Notes: generated by a model not told the origin, from the letters alone. Shown: positions 42,456-54,576, counted from the first letter of the stretch. The stretch is DNA of 64,000 nt from Histomonas meleagridis 2922-C6/04-290x (GCA_020184695.1 JAANOX010000035.1:186001-250000); one strand, 5' to 3'. Numbers and translations are program-made.

Positions 42456-43649
42456 TTAATCATCTTCATTAAACATTCCTTCCCGAATATCTTTCCTCTT
42501 CCTCTGTTTTGCAATTTCTTTTTCCCTTTCTTTTGCATTAATTATTCGCTCTCTATGTACTTCGCCTTTTTTCCCCTTCTTAATTCTTAATGCTTGAGTA
42601 TGACTCATTAGCTCAAATCCGAACATTTGATGTATTCTTGTATTCTGTGTCATTTGTTGTAGGAAATACGTACGTGTTATACGCCGAATTGCAGATACTT
42701 TTAAGTTATTCCTTCGACCAATAATATGGACACTTTGATGAGAAAGAATTATTTCTTCATCAAAGTCATCATTAATGGTCGCAATAGCTTGGCCAACTTC
42801 ATTAGTAATTTCCTTCTTGTGATCTTTCTTTGTAATGCTCTTGCTTAAATTCTGAAGTCGAGGACGATAACGGTCGAAAAACGGTTTTGACAATGGAGTG
42901 ATTTCTTCACTTTTTTCCTCTGCCTCATCCTCGTAGCTACGAAGTATCTCATAGATGATTCCGAAAAGAGGTATTGAAGCCATTATGATTTTATGTTTTT
43001 GAGTTGAAAATGCATTATCTAAAATTGAAGTCAAATTTGGATAGAGCTCAGTTGATACAAGTTCAACTGGAAGTGAAGATATAATTAGACGGATAGAGCT
43101 GATGCAATTTGCAATCATCTCTGGTGTGAAATTAGGTGATTTCTTTTTGGTAATGAAATCAGTCAACTTATTAAAAACTTTGATAGTGATATCATGATGA
43201 GATATAGAAAAAGACGAAGTGAAAGCAATTGCAAAAAATTGAAATGCTTGTTCTTCTGTTATGTTCTTTAGATTTGGCATGATCTCATTGAGTAGTGTGA
43301 TTGCACACGATTCAAATTCATCAAACACATTAAGAGAAAGATTACAAATCACCGCAAGTGCTTCATCATGTTCATTTTTGGAAGCAGGATTTTTTATTGT
43401 TTCTATAAGTGCCAATACAGTGTTATTCAAAAATTGCATTATCTCTTCCCCAATGAACTTAGCTGTCAAAATTTTGTTCATGGATTGCATGGCTGATAAT
43501 CGGAGTTCGCTCCTTTCAGATGATAATTTTTCAATTAGTGTTGGCCATTCTGATTCCCAATTGTTTAAATCACTGATAATTGTTGATGCTTCTTCCAGAG
43601 CAATGTCTTGGTCTTTCCTCTTGTATTCTCTTCGAAAGATAGAACTCAT
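42456..43649 (-). CDS. IFRD-like (interferon-related developmental regulator family) protein
   Basis: ARM-like helices (SERSELRLSAMQSM...) and a basic C-terminal helix (RERIINAKEREKEIAKQRKRKDIR) resembling IFRD1/2. Recognition by eye. Confidence 0.55.
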   Translation of the reverse strand: MSSIFRREYKRKDQDIALEEASTIISDLNNWESEWPTLIEKLSSERSELRLSAMQSMNKILTAKFIGEEIMQFLNNTVLALIETIKNPASKNEHDEALAVICNLSLNVFDEFESCAITLLNEIMPNLKNITEEQAFQFFAIAFTSSFSISHHDITIKVFNKLTDFITKKKSPNFTPEMIANCISSIRLIISSLPVELVSTELYPNLTSILDNAFSTQKHKIIMASIPLFGIIYEILRSYEDEAEEKSEEITPLSKPFFDRYRPRLQNLSKSITKKDHKKEITNEVGQAIATINDDFDEEIILSHQSVHIIGRRNNLKVSAIRRITRTYFLQQMTQNTRIHQMFGFELMSHTQALRIKKGKKGEVHRERIINAKEREKEIAKQRKRKDIREGMFNEDD

Positions 43650-44160
43650 TTCAAGTCAGGAAGAACTGTCCGTTCTAAAACCGCTGACTAACGGTCGACG
43701 CTTTGAAGTTGAGCCTGACACCAATTGAAAAAATAACTACTTTTGAATGCAGGTGAAGTACGATAGTGGCATAAAACGTTAATTTCTCTTTTCTGGTCTT
43801 TTGAAGCCAACTCACAAGAATTTGGGCATGTTCTATAAAAAACAACAGAAGTAATGTTGGTATCCGACCTCCTATTCTTGATTTAGTCATAATTAATTAA
43901 TTTAAGATTTTCTGATCAGAAAAGTTTTTACTAATTGTTATTGGTATCACAACTCAACTTCATTTTACATGTTAAAAAAGAATTATGTTGTTTCAAATTT
44001 TTTATGATTTAAATCGTTATATGATAAAAAAAATTTAAAAATTAAGTCAAACAATGCAATCAAAAAATTGTGATTTTTGTTGGTTGTTTTATATATAAAA
44101 CATGAAGTATGTATCTGTAAAGATGATTAAAAAAAGAAAAACATCGTGAAAAGTGACAAA

Positions 44161-44889
44161 ATGGGCTCTTTCTTTAGTTCAACAAAATATGATAAAGAAG
44201 GTTTAGTAACACCGGATGAAATTTTTGCCTACTTTGGAAATAATTTTTATGGCAAAGGAGCCGAATTTTGGGAAAATGTTGATGAAACAGATAATGGGAT
44301 GCTTGATGGATATATTGAAACAAATGGTCCAGACTTAAAATTTTCACGGAAAATGCTAGATCGTTATATAAAGAAATATAGTATGGGAACAAATCGTTGC
44401 GTAGAATTAGGTGCTGGAATTGGGCGAATTTCATTAAATGTTTTGTCAAATATATTCAAAGAAATAGACTTAGTCGAACCTGTTTCAAAATTTCTTGATG
44501 TAGCATCAAAAAATTTAGAAGGAAAGGCAATCGTCCATACTCATGTTGTTGGCGCTCAAGACTGGGAAATTGAAGAAAATACAGAATTTGATTGCATTTG
44601 GATTCAATGGACACTTATGTATCTAACAGATGATGATGTCGTTAAATTATTAAACAAATGCAAAAAACATCTCTCAAAAAATGGTTATATTTTTATTAAA
44701 GAAAATATTTTATTAGAGCCAAGTATGCAAAGATGGGCACAATGGATTCCTCGAGATCATTCTCTATGTAGAAGTTTGCAGTTAATTAAAAAACTAATAC
44801 ATAGAACAGAATTAAAGATAATAGAAGAAAAGAATCAGCCAAATTGGGGAAAGAACTTAATTCCTCTTTATTTATTGGTATTGCAATAA
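44161..44889 (+). CDS. NTMT1: Alpha-N-terminal protein methyltransferase (NTMT1/Tae1-like)
   Basis: CVELGAGIGRIS, IDLVEP, DCIWIQW, YLTDDD, IFIKEN. ATG 44161 with AAAGTGAC at 44150-44157. Confidence 0.9.
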   Translation: MGSFFSSTKYDKEGLVTPDEIFAYFGNNFYGKGAEFWENVDETDNGMLDGYIETNGPDLKFSRKMLDRYIKKYSMGTNRCVELGAGIGRISLNVLSNIFKEIDLVEPVSKFLDVASKNLEGKAIVHTHVVGAQDWEIEENTEFDCIWIQWTLMYLTDDDVVKLLNKCKKHLSKNGYIFIKENILLEPSMQRWAQWIPRDHSLCRSLQLIKKLIHRTELKIIEEKNQPNWGKNLIPLYLLVLQ

Positions 44890-45594
44890 AATTAAAATCG
44901 ATAATATTTTTTTTTAAAACAGAAACGAAAATAATTAACATTAACAAATCAGTAAAATTTTAATTAAAATTTGGTAAAGATATTGTTTCATAAATTTTTA
45001 ATTAATTACGAAATATATCAACATATTAAAATTTTAAGTACTTATTATTTTGAACCCAAGACAACAAATTTCATCTAAATAATATTTTGAAATATGTTCA
45101 AAATTAATTTATTCTATTTGATTACAAGTTATTATTTAAGAATAGAACATTAAACATTTATATTCTGATCAAAAAAGATGAATTTTTGATTTGATTGCTT
45201 CAAATTCATACTTAGATTTGGTATTTTTTTTAAGGTATAAATATGTATTTAACTTTGATATATTAATTATACCTTCTTCCATCAAAAAATCATCTGACCT
45301 TTTTGATATATTTCAGATATCGTTTAGAGATGTAATTCACAAGATGATCACCATCATTGTGCAGATAGAACAATCAATTTCGACACAATTTCCCTAACCG
45401 TTGGCAAGTGACAACGATAAATATTCAATTTGGGAAAACTAATCCAGTTCTCCCAAAAATCCAACACAATCAGACGGTTGTATAAAAAATGACGTCATTT
45501 TGCAACCACAGAGAGAAAATTTTGAAATAACAGTGGAACAATTCTATCTAATTTTAAATGGTTAAGCCATTGATTCATTTCGACAATGAATATA

Positions 45595-46049
45595 ATGAGT
45601 TTCTACTTTTTCATGGCTTTAGCTATCTGTGAAATATTTGGGTTAGCTCCTATGATTCATGGTAGTGTAATTATTTCAAAAAAATAACTTAAAAGTTGAT
45701 GATACTCTTTATAAATTATCACTTACCAGCACACTACTCCCTGCAGCCACTATATTTGCCACTATAGTTATTGTAATGAGAATAATTCTTACAGAATATA
45801 AAAATATTTATGATTATTTTTGTGATTCTTTTTTGCCTTACAACAATTGCCGAAATATGTATTTCTTGCACGTTGGTATACTTTTCGGTCAACCCTAAAT
45901 GTGACAAAACATCGAGACCAGATTGTTCTTCTGCAGCCAAAGTTTCTTTAGGTCTTGGAATTGACATATTAGTTGTATCTGTAGTGTCAAGTTTATCAGT
46001 AGTTATTACAATTATCAAAACGATTATGGGTGAATGTACTCAAATCTAA
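45595..46049 (+). pseudogene. About 150-aa multi-pass membrane protein broken by two +1 homopolymer insertions
   Basis: Removing one A from the A7 run (45678-45684) and one T from the T6 run (about 45829-45834) gives one ORF, MSFYFFMALAICEIFG...IKTIMGECTQI*, with about four hydrophobic segments. Confidence 0.5.
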
Positions 46050-47400
46050 ACACACCGTTATTCTATTAACCTTTTTTTCATATGAATAATGATTTTGTTT
46101 TATACCAAACTGTTGTCGAGAAATTTCTCCATTTTTTTGATAAATATTTGGACAAAATTGGTCATTAGATTTTTAATGTGACTAAGCGAAATGTAAAATA
46201 TTATGAGTCTACTATTTTTGTTTATATTTTTATTTAAATCCGACTGCTAGTTATTTTTTAATTTGTGCTTCTTCCTGATTATACGATACATTTTGATACC
46301 TCACGAGTAATTCTCAGAAAATGATGACTTTTTGATAAGGGAAATAACTTTTTGTATAAAGGTGCTTTTAATAAGTTTATCTATATAATCAAAAAAATGT
46401 ACATATATGTATTTATGAAAAAAATATCACTTATAATCTTAATATCTAAAAAATAAAATCACGTCGCCATTCGATATATATAAAGATTCATTGAATTTAC
46501 ATTGAAATGTATGATTTTTTCACGTATTTTCACTTTTTCTCCAAATATTGAATAACAACCAAGCAAATTTTTTGATATTTACTTTGGAGACTTTGAAGAG
46601 TTTTATTATTCGAAAGGATTTTCGAAAATTTTAGAAAAAAGGGAAAAATTGATCAGAGCGAGATCTCAAAATTCAGCAGTCGAAATTGCCTAAAAATTTA
46701 TATTTAAACTCAACATAAAAAGATTATCAACAGCTTTTACAGTTATGGTACAGAATGAAATTGGCAGTAACTTTTGAACAAATTAGTTGAAGATTTTGAT
46801 CGAAGTTATTTGTTAGTATTTAAAAACTAAATGCTAAATCAGTCAAAATAGGAAATAGTAACATAGGTTCTAGGGACCTTCTCCTTCTCAAGTCAAAAAT
46901 CTATATTGCATACTGATTACAATTGAACAAAACTCGATTCAACAATAACGCTTACTCCAATGGAAACAAAATTTTGGTTATTACAATTTTCTTTTTAGTT
47001 ATAACTAAAAAATCAGTAGAATTTGATTCTGATTTTAATTGATGTATAGAAGGAGATTTCAGTACATACCATTCCGAAATCTCGAAAACATTTGATCAAA
47101 AAAAAAATATTCAAAAATATCTCGGTAAATGTTTAGGGCTATAAAATCTTTCTTTTTTTCAACACATTCCCTTTATCCTTATGTACTTACAAAACACGAA
47201 TTGTACTTACAAATAAATTCTCAGATAGATGAGTTGCTTGAAACTCATCTTTCAGAATTTATAAGGAAAACTATTTCTTTATCAAGCTGTAACAAAAGAA
47301 TTTTTATTTTTTGATGAGGTGATAAAAAGCCGATAGGATGCGAACGGCCACCGCAGTGAAATAATTTTCACAAAAATCGAATTGAAATAAGATGGTCATA

Positions 47401-47406
47401 TCACTT
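47401..47406 (+). promoter_or_regulatory. Initiator element (TCACTT) of PEPCK
   Basis: Matches the trichomonad Inr consensus TCA(C/T)(T/A); begins 12 nt before ATG 47413. Confidence 0.7.
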
Positions 47407-47412
47407 TTAGAT

Positions 47413-49212
47413 ATGTCTGCTCCGACATCTTGCCAAAAGGTTCTCGATTTCGTCAAGCACTGGACTGACCTCTGCAAACCAAAGAATGTCCAATGGTGCG
47501 ATGGAAGTGAAGAAGAAGCCAAGAAATTATTCGATGAAATGGTTGCCAAAGGCACAGCCATCAAACTCAACCAAGAAAAGCGCCCAGGCTGCTATCTTTT
47601 CCGCTCTGATCCACGTGATGTTGCTCGTGTTGAAAAACGTACATTCATCTGCTCTGAAAAGCAAGAAGACGCTGGACCAACAAACAACTGGGAAGCACCA
47701 GCTGACATGCAAAAGAGACTTACAGCTCTCTATGATGGATGCATGGAAGGCCGTACAATGTACATCATTCCATTCTCAATGGGTCCAATCGGTTCCAACA
47801 TTGCCAAGAACGGTATCGAAATCACCGACTCTGCTTATGTTGTTGTCAACATGCGTATCATGACCCGCGTTTCACCAAAGGTTCTCGAATGCATCGAAAA
47901 GGATAACGAATTCATCCCATGCGTCCACTCCGTTGGTATGCCACTCAAGGAAGGCGTTAAGGATGTTGCTTGGCCATGCAACCCAGAAAACACATACATC
48001 ACACACTTCCCAGAAACCCGTCAAATCTGGTCCTTCGGTTCAGGATATGGTGGTAATGCACTTCTTGGTAAGAAATGCTTCGCCCTTCGTATTGGTTCCA
48101 AACTTGGTAAGGATGAAGGCTGGCTCGCCGAACATATGCTTATCCTTGGTATCCAAACACCAGAAGGCAACAAGAAATACGTCACAGCAGCCTTCCCATC
48201 AGCTTGCGGTAAGACAAACTTAGCCATGCTTATCCCACCAGAAGCACTCCGTAACAAGGGATGGAAGGTTACCACAGTTGGTGATGATATCGCATGGATC
48301 AAACCAGACGCAACAGGCCAACTTCGTGCCATCAACCCAGAAAATGGTTTCTTCGGTGTTGCCCCAGGTACAGCCCGCGAAACAAATCCAAACGCACTTG
48401 ACTCATGCGCTAACAACACAATCTTCACAAACGTTGCCCTCACTGATGATGGCGATGTTTGGTGGGAAGGTATGACCAAAGAAAAGCCAGCACATCTTAT
48501 CGACTGGCAAGGTAACGACTGGACACCAGACTGCGGACGTCTTGCAGCACATCCAAACTCACGTTTCACAGCCCCAGCACACAACTGCCCATGCATTGAC
48601 CCAGAATGGGAAAATCCAGAAGGTGTTCCAATCAGCATCTTCATCTATGGTGGCCGTCGTATGAACGATATCCCACTTGTCTTCCAAGCCACAAGCTGGG
48701 CACACGGCGTTTACCTCGGTGCTACAGTCGGTTCAGAACAAACAGCAGCTGCTGAAGGTCAAGTCGGCGCACTCCGTCGTGATCCATTCGCCATGCTTCC
48801 ATTCTGCGGCTACCACATGGGTGACTACTTCAAGCACTACCTCGAAATGGAGAAGATCACAAAGGGCAAAGTTCCAGCAGTCTTCCACGTTAACTGGTTC
48901 CGCAAGTCAGCAGACGGCAAGTTCCTCTGGCCAGGATATGGTGACAACGCACGCGTTCTCGCTTGGATGATCCGCCGCGTCGAAGGCACAGGACACGCTG
49001 TCGAATCACCACTCGGCTACATCCCAGCCTACGAAGATATCGACTGGGACGGTCTCAACTACACTAAGGAACAATTCGAAGCTGTTATGAAGATCGACCC
49101 AGCACGCGTTAAGGTCCTCGCTCAAGATAACACTAAGTACCTCTCTGAAACAATCGGCCACGCTGCTCCAGAATTACTCGCTGTCTCAGAACAAATCATC
49201 GCCAAGTGCTAA
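47413..49212 (+). CDS. PCK: Phosphoenolpyruvate carboxykinase (GTP)
   Basis: [79 protein letters not shown]. Strong C-ending codon bias. Confidence 0.98.
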   Translation: MSAPTSCQKVLDFVKHWTDLCKPKNVQWCDGSEEEAKKLFDEMVAKGTAIKLNQEKRPGCYLFRSDPRDVARVEKRTFICSEKQEDAGPTNNWEAPADMQKRLTALYDGCMEGRTMYIIPFSMGPIGSNIAKNGIEITDSAYVVVNMRIMTRVSPKVLECIEKDNEFIPCVHSVGMPLKEGVKDVAWPCNPENTYITHFPETRQIWSFGSGYGGNALLGKKCFALRIGSKLGKDEGWLAEHMLILGIQTPEGNKKYVTAAFPSACGKTNLAMLIPPEALRNKGWKVTTVGDDIAWIKPDATGQLRAINPENGFFGVAPGTARETNPNALDSCANNTIFTNVALTDDGDVWWEGMTKEKPAHLIDWQGNDWTPDCGRLAAHPNSRFTAPAHNCPCIDPEWENPEGVPISIFIYGGRRMNDIPLVFQATSWAHGVYLGATVGSEQTAAAEGQVGALRRDPFAMLPFCGYHMGDYFKHYLEMEKITKGKVPAVFHVNWFRKSADGKFLWPGYGDNARVLAWMIRRVEGTGHAVESPLGYIPAYEDIDWDGLNYTKEQFEAVMKIDPARVKVLAQDNTKYLSETIGHAAPELLAVSEQIIAKC

Positions 49213-49590
49213 ATGACTAAACAATAACTGGCAAATAATTTGGTGTATTTTGAATATCTAATTATTGCAAAATAAATGCATATTACAAAACCTAATGTAT
49301 GCATATATCTGATGAACAAATTTTGGGTTATTCTGAGCTTTTGTCTATTGTTCGAACTCGTTGTTGACATTTCAAGAATGCTAAACATGTGTTGTGGTTT
49401 TTGATATTTGATGTTTCATTTCCACCTATATAAGAGAAATTTTTATTTGAAAATGAATTCTTGTGTTTGATTAAAACATGATGTGACGTAAATTAATTCC
49501 AACGATATTCAAATTTGGACTTTTTCAAGTTCTATCGTTCCACCGATTTATTGAATTTTTTTACAACATTTTAAAAGTGGCATCAAATTA

Positions 49591-52500
49591 ATGGCATATC
49601 GAGCGCTCAATCTTAATTTGCTATATCAAAATTTACCGCATCCATTTAATGTCCAACCAGAAGACACCAAAAAAAATTGGGAGCAGATATATGAAAAATT
49701 AGAAAAGTATTATCAAGATAAAGATTATCCAAAACTAACTTTTCTTCTTGAGGACACAATACAATTTACAGATACTATTTTAATTCACGTGGATATACCT
49801 CTTCTTAAAAAATATGTTATTCTTTTGTATGATATTTTGTCAATCTATCCTGTTCAATCAAGTTATGCTCAATGTACTTCGGCTAATTTTCTTTATCAGC
49901 TGACATCAAAAAACAAGAAAACCATTCCTAATTTAGTAATTCCATGGAAGCCACTTTATCGATTCATAAGATACATGTATTGTAAAAGTCAAGATCTTTA
50001 TCTAGGCTCTCCTTGTTATGATCTAGATGACATGCTTTCTTTAGCTTCACATCTTTCGAAATATTATCCCGAAGGATCAACAGAAGAATTAATTCAAAAA
50101 TTCATTCCACGAATTTCTCAAGTAAAAACGGGAAGCACAATATATTTAACATGTTTTTGTAACTTTGCACCTGTTATAGATGGTAAATATAAATCATACA
50201 TTAAATATATTCTTCAAGCATTAACAGAAACATCTGAAAAAATCAAAATTTATGAAATAATTTCGTTATTTAAACGGATTTTCCATTACAATTTGAATGA
50301 CGACTTTTCAAATGAGCTTCCTCATGTATTCAATTTGGTTGAATCCTATATTTTGAATGGTAAACTTCCTCAATTTTTATTTTCTGATTCATTACCAGAA
50401 AATTCGCCATTTTCAGAGCTACAAATTAAATTATCTGATTTTTTAGGGCAATGTACTATCCAATTAATATTATCACCAACAACACGTGAAGAAGCATTAC
50501 GACGATATAAATCGATAATTATTTCTGCAAATTATTTTTGTCATCCATCAAAATCAGGCGAAGTATTAATCAGTAATTTCATTATGTATATAACAAGTTT
50601 ATTAACAAAGCTTAAAAGTTATTTACATTTATTTAAGAAGAAGAATTCGATTTTACCAAAAGAAGCATATCCAACACAGGAAATATTACATCAAATAATC
50701 GAACCAATTGTCGGAGTAAATTTAATGTTTATAGGTACAAATGTAGATAAAAGTTATATAAATTCGATTGTCGATATTTCCATACAATTTAACTTCGATA
50801 AAACAGTGTTTCAACGTTATTATGACTTTGCTAAAGAATGTATAACATTAATCGAATTAGAAAAAGTCGCCGAAAAAGGTTGGAGTATAATGACCGCATT
50901 AATTGTTGATATCGAAAACAATGAAATATTACAAAAAGATTTCGAAGATATATTTATGAAAGCAGCATTAAGTTATAAAGTTGAAGAATTACAAAGTTGT
51001 TTATTAAAATTCTTTTGCGTTTTATTTGGAACAATTCCATTTAATAAAAATAATACAATTAAAGGTATTGAAGAAGTTAATTTCCCAAATTTAATCGAAA
51101 CGTTATTAACATCTATTTTCGATTCATTTAAAATGAAGCCTTCATTAAATGGGAAACAAATTAAAATGCAAAAAATTACACAATTTTATTTCTTTAATAA
51201 CTTTAAAATATTGTTATTAAATTCGGATGAATTTGTCATTTCTAAAATATTCCAATTTTTCTTAAAGATATTTAATGATAATCAACTTTTCCCTGCACGT
51301 TTTATTATATCTAAGATGACGTCAATGTTAACATATTATTTAAGTGATAAAGATTATAATTTATTATTAGAAACATTAGAAATGTTATTAAAGAATTATT
51401 CGATGATTGAAACAATTCCTTATCATTTAATAATATATGGAAAATGTTGTACATTACGATCTAATAATATAAATGAAATTAAAGAAAAAATTAATTTCAT
51501 TAAAACATTTGTTGAACATGATAATAAAAAAGTTAGGAAATCTGCTTGGATATCAATATCATTAGCATTAAAGAAACGATATTATAGTAAAATATATCCA
51601 AAAGATGAAACAAAAATTAAAACATTAAAAACAAAAATATCGAATTTCAATGTTAAATGGTATATAACAAATATTGATACAACTGAATATGCATTAGAAT
51701 TATTTACTCCATTTTTTAATATCCTTTTAAATTCTAATGATCAAAATGAAATCTTAAAAATTATTAAAGAACAAATGAAACCACTTTTTAGATACATTAA
51801 AAATATCACTGAAATGATAAATGGTTCTATAAATGAATGTAAAGATTCATTAATTAATACAATACAACATTTACCAATTCTATTTAAGAAGTCAATACCA
51901 ATTAAAGAAAAATTACTTGAATGTTCTATTCGATTAATTAAAGATTTTCCAAATAATGATCAAATTATTGTACGAATATTATTATTATGTTGTGGAATCT
52001 TTAATTCTTCATCACATATTGGTAAGAAATTTAATGAATTAATTCCTTCTTTACCTTCATATATTTGGGGAGGTATTTCTAAGAACTCTGAAACATGTAA
52101 TAATACATTATTAACATATTATATTGATACATTATTAAGACATCGAAAGAAACAATTAATTATACCATTATCAACACAAATTAATGAATTCTTTCAGTTA
52201 CTTTTACCATTAGGAATATCAAATTATTCATCAATTAGATTAATAGTTTCACAATTATTTTCGATAATTATTTATTTATATTTACCGATTTTTTCAAACA
52301 ATTTAGAACAAATAATTTGTAATTTATCAAATTATCCAATTGATGAAATAATAGACTTCTTAAATAACCCCGGAATTATATCAATTATATCTATTAACCC
52401 TAAAATGATATGTCAAACATTATTACAATTAAGTCATTCATTAAATATGAAAGATCAACGATCAATTGATCAATTACGTAATTTATTAACGAATATATGT

Positions 52501-54576
52501 TTCTTGAAATATACTTTTGATGATAATGATAAACCTTTTAAACAATTTTTAATTGATCTTGAAATTATTATAAAAAATGAAACTAATCAAGATCGAACTT
52601 TAATATTAACTATTTTGTTAGGGATAACTAAAGCTTTTTTATATGAGAAAAACTTTTCGAAAACAATTTTCGATTATATTTTATTACAATTACAATCATT
52701 TGATAAAACTATTCGAGAAATTGCAATGTGTTCATTTATCATTGCAATGAAAAACAAATTAAAAGTTAATAAAATTAAAATTAATAATATTAAACAATTA
52801 AAATTACCGGAACTTTATAATCATTTAACATCTGTTGAATTAATACCACCAAAAAATCCAATTTATTTTAAAGATGAAATTAATTTCGATGAATCATTCG
52901 ATTTAAATGTTGATGATTCATTATTAGAACTTGAGAAAGAACTTGAAAATCTTCAAGAAGATGAAATAGAACTTAACGAAGAAGAAGAAGAACAAATCGA
53001 TTCACAAATAGAACAAATATTTGAATCATTTGATAAAACTATAATTAAATGGGATAAGCCTCAACTTGAAGATATTCATACGAATGGATGGCATATGTAT
53101 ATAAAATCGTATGAAGTTAATATATATGAACCATTTAATGATATTTCATCAATTGTTGACTTAATTCCCGGATATTTTAAAGCGAATATGTTATCAATTG
53201 ACAGTGATATTGAACAAGATTTTAATTCGCAATTTATTATAATATTAAGTTATATCACAGGGCCTAAAATTATTTCATTACTTCAAAAGTTATATATGAA
53301 ATATTTAAGTGAACAACTTACAGAAGAACAAATGACTTTTTTAATTAACTTTGCAATCAATTATATGAATTCGATGAATTTATGGGATACAAATGATAGT
53401 ATAACATATTATAAATCAATTTTATTACCACTTATATCAATATGTTCAAGTTATCCATCATTTTCTGATATATTATTTTCCGGATCTATTTTAATGAGTA
53501 CGAAACTTGATCCTGAAATATGTTCACCACTTTTAAAGTTTTGTTTTGAGTATTCATCAGTTTCACCTAAAAGTTCTATATCATCACATAACTTAATATC
53601 ATTTTTAACAACATTTTGGCTTTATCGACCAACTGATTTTTATGTAATATTTGATGATATATATAATAAATTTGTTAAACCTTATTTAAATAACATAACT
53701 GAAATATCAACAAATTTATTAAGTGAAATTGTTTCGATTATATTCTTTTTAATCGAATCAACAATTTTACCAAATTATTCGCCAATGTATTCGAATGAAA
53801 TTTTAGAAAAAAGAAAATTTATTATAAATGAATTTGATGTTTTTATAAGTTCTATGGACCCATATAATAAAACTGTTGGAATAATTTTGGGATTAATATT
53901 AACAAATGCTTCGATGTGTTCGAATGTGTTTATTGAGAATATATTTGATGTGATTTTGAAGAATATTGAACTGATTTTAAAAGCTCTTAATTCAGCAAAT
54001 GTTTCGAATGAAGAAAATTTAATAAGTTCGCTTTTAGACTTCTTAACACATCCGATTTTTGCTTTTTCTTCTGTAATGATGTATAAAGTGATAAAGTTAT
54101 TACTTTTAAATATGACAAAATTAGCAACGCCAATGCAAATAAAAATTTTGTTATGTTTAAATGAAATAATTTCTACAAATTTACAAAATGTGAATGAAAA
54201 AGATTTCGGTATTTATATTGAGTTATTAAATGATTATATCAATGTGACAACTAATAATGAAATAAAAATTAAAGCTATTTCACTATTAGGAATTTTTATT
54301 ATTAAATCGGATGTTAATAAATTCGATAAGTTGTCCGGCGTCGAGGCGGCTGCTGTAATAAGTAGAGCGTGTTTGTTCGATAAGGAAAATGAGTTAATCA
54401 TTTCGGCATTCGAAACGTTATCAAATGAAATCGAACAGAAAAATTGTAAATTAAAATCGTTGTATAACGATGTGATTAAAACATTTTGGACAAATTTCTC
54501 AGATCATATGCTGCCAAGTTTGGCCGAAAGATTGGCGAAATATAGAATTTTGTTTGCTCCTGATTATATATCATGA
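49591..54576 (+). CDS. PSME4: Proteasome activator PA200/Blm10-like
   Basis: 1661 aa HEAT-like protein with IPWKPLY, FCHPSKSG and a terminal PDYIS resembling the Tyr-containing C-terminal docking motif. Confidence 0.75.
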   Translation: MAYRALNLNLLYQNLPHPFNVQPEDTKKNWEQIYEKLEKYYQDKDYPKLTFLLEDTIQFTDTILIHVDIPLLKKYVILLYDILSIYPVQSSYAQCTSANFLYQLTSKNKKTIPNLVIPWKPLYRFIRYMYCKSQDLYLGSPCYDLDDMLSLASHLSKYYPEGSTEELIQKFIPRISQVKTGSTIYLTCFCNFAPVIDGKYKSYIKYILQALTETSEKIKIYEIISLFKRIFHYNLNDDFSNELPHVFNLVESYILNGKLPQFLFSDSLPENSPFSELQIKLSDFLGQCTIQLILSPTTREEALRRYKSIIISANYFCHPSKSGEVLISNFIMYITSLLTKLKSYLHLFKKKNSILPKEAYPTQEILHQIIEPIVGVNLMFIGTNVDKSYINSIVDISIQFNFDKTVFQRYYDFAKECITLIELEKVAEKGWSIMTALIVDIENNEILQKDFEDIFMKAALSYKVEELQSCLLKFFCVLFGTIPFNKNNTIKGIEEVNFPNLIETLLTSIFDSFKMKPSLNGKQIKMQKITQFYFFNNFKILLLNSDEFVISKIFQFFLKIFNDNQLFPARFIISKMTSMLTYYLSDKDYNLLLETLEMLLKNYSMIETIPYHLIIYGKCCTLRSNNINEIKEKINFIKTFVEHDNKKVRKSAWISISLALKKRYYSKIYPKDETKIKTLKTKISNFNVKWYITNIDTTEYALELFTPFFNILLNSNDQNEILKIIKEQMKPLFRYIKNITEMINGSINECKDSLINTIQHLPILFKKSIPIKEKLLECSIRLIKDFPNNDQIIVRILLLCCGIFNSSSHIGKKFNELIPSLPSYIWGGISKNSETCNNTLLTYYIDTLLRHRKKQLIIPLSTQINEFFQLLLPLGISNYSSIRLIVSQLFSIIIYLYLPIFSNNLEQIICNLSNYPIDEIIDFLNNPGIISIISINPKMICQTLLQLSHSLNMKDQRSIDQLRNLLTNICFLKYTFDDNDKPFKQFLIDLEIIIKNETNQDRTLILTILLGITKAFLYEKNFSKTIFDYILLQLQSFDKTIREIAMCSFIIAMKNKLKVNKIKINNIKQLKLPELYNHLTSVELIPPKNPIYFKDEINFDESFDLNVDDSLLELEKELENLQEDEIELNEEEEEQIDSQIEQIFESFDKTIIKWDKPQLEDIHTNGWHMYIKSYEVNIYEPFNDISSIVDLIPGYFKANMLSIDSDIEQDFNSQFIIILSYITGPKIISLLQKLYMKYLSEQLTEEQMTFLINFAINYMNSMNLWDTNDSITYYKSILLPLISICSSYPSFSDILFSGSILMSTKLDPEICSPLLKFCFEYSSVSPKSSISSHNLISFLTTFWLYRPTDFYVIFDDIYNKFVKPYLNNITEISTNLLSEIVSIIFFLIESTILPNYSPMYSNEILEKRKFIINEFDVFISSMDPYNKTVGIILGLILTNASMCSNVFIENIFDVILKNIELILKALNSANVSNEENLISSLLDFLTHPIFAFSSVMMYKVIKLLLLNMTKLATPMQIKILLCLNEIISTNLQNVNEKDFGIYIELLNDYINVTTNNEIKIKAISLLGIFIIKSDVNKFDKLSGVEAAAVISRACLFDKENELIISAFETLSNEIEQKNCKLKSLYNDVIKTFWTNFSDHMLPSLAERLAKYRILFAPDYIS

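Noticed and set aside
17537-43728. Numerous 60-155 aa antisense ORFs nested in the USP, HECT, IFRD, VAMP7 and Rab genes
   Set aside because: No motifs; typical antisense shadows of long coding regions.
46100-47300. Long gene-free interval as a possible transposon remnant
   Set aside because: No terminal inverted repeats, target duplication or transposase-like peptide that I could see.
47486-48970. Many alternative-frame ORFs within PEPCK, including 48021-48644 -
   Set aside because: Expected from the high GC and codon bias, which deplete stops in other frames.
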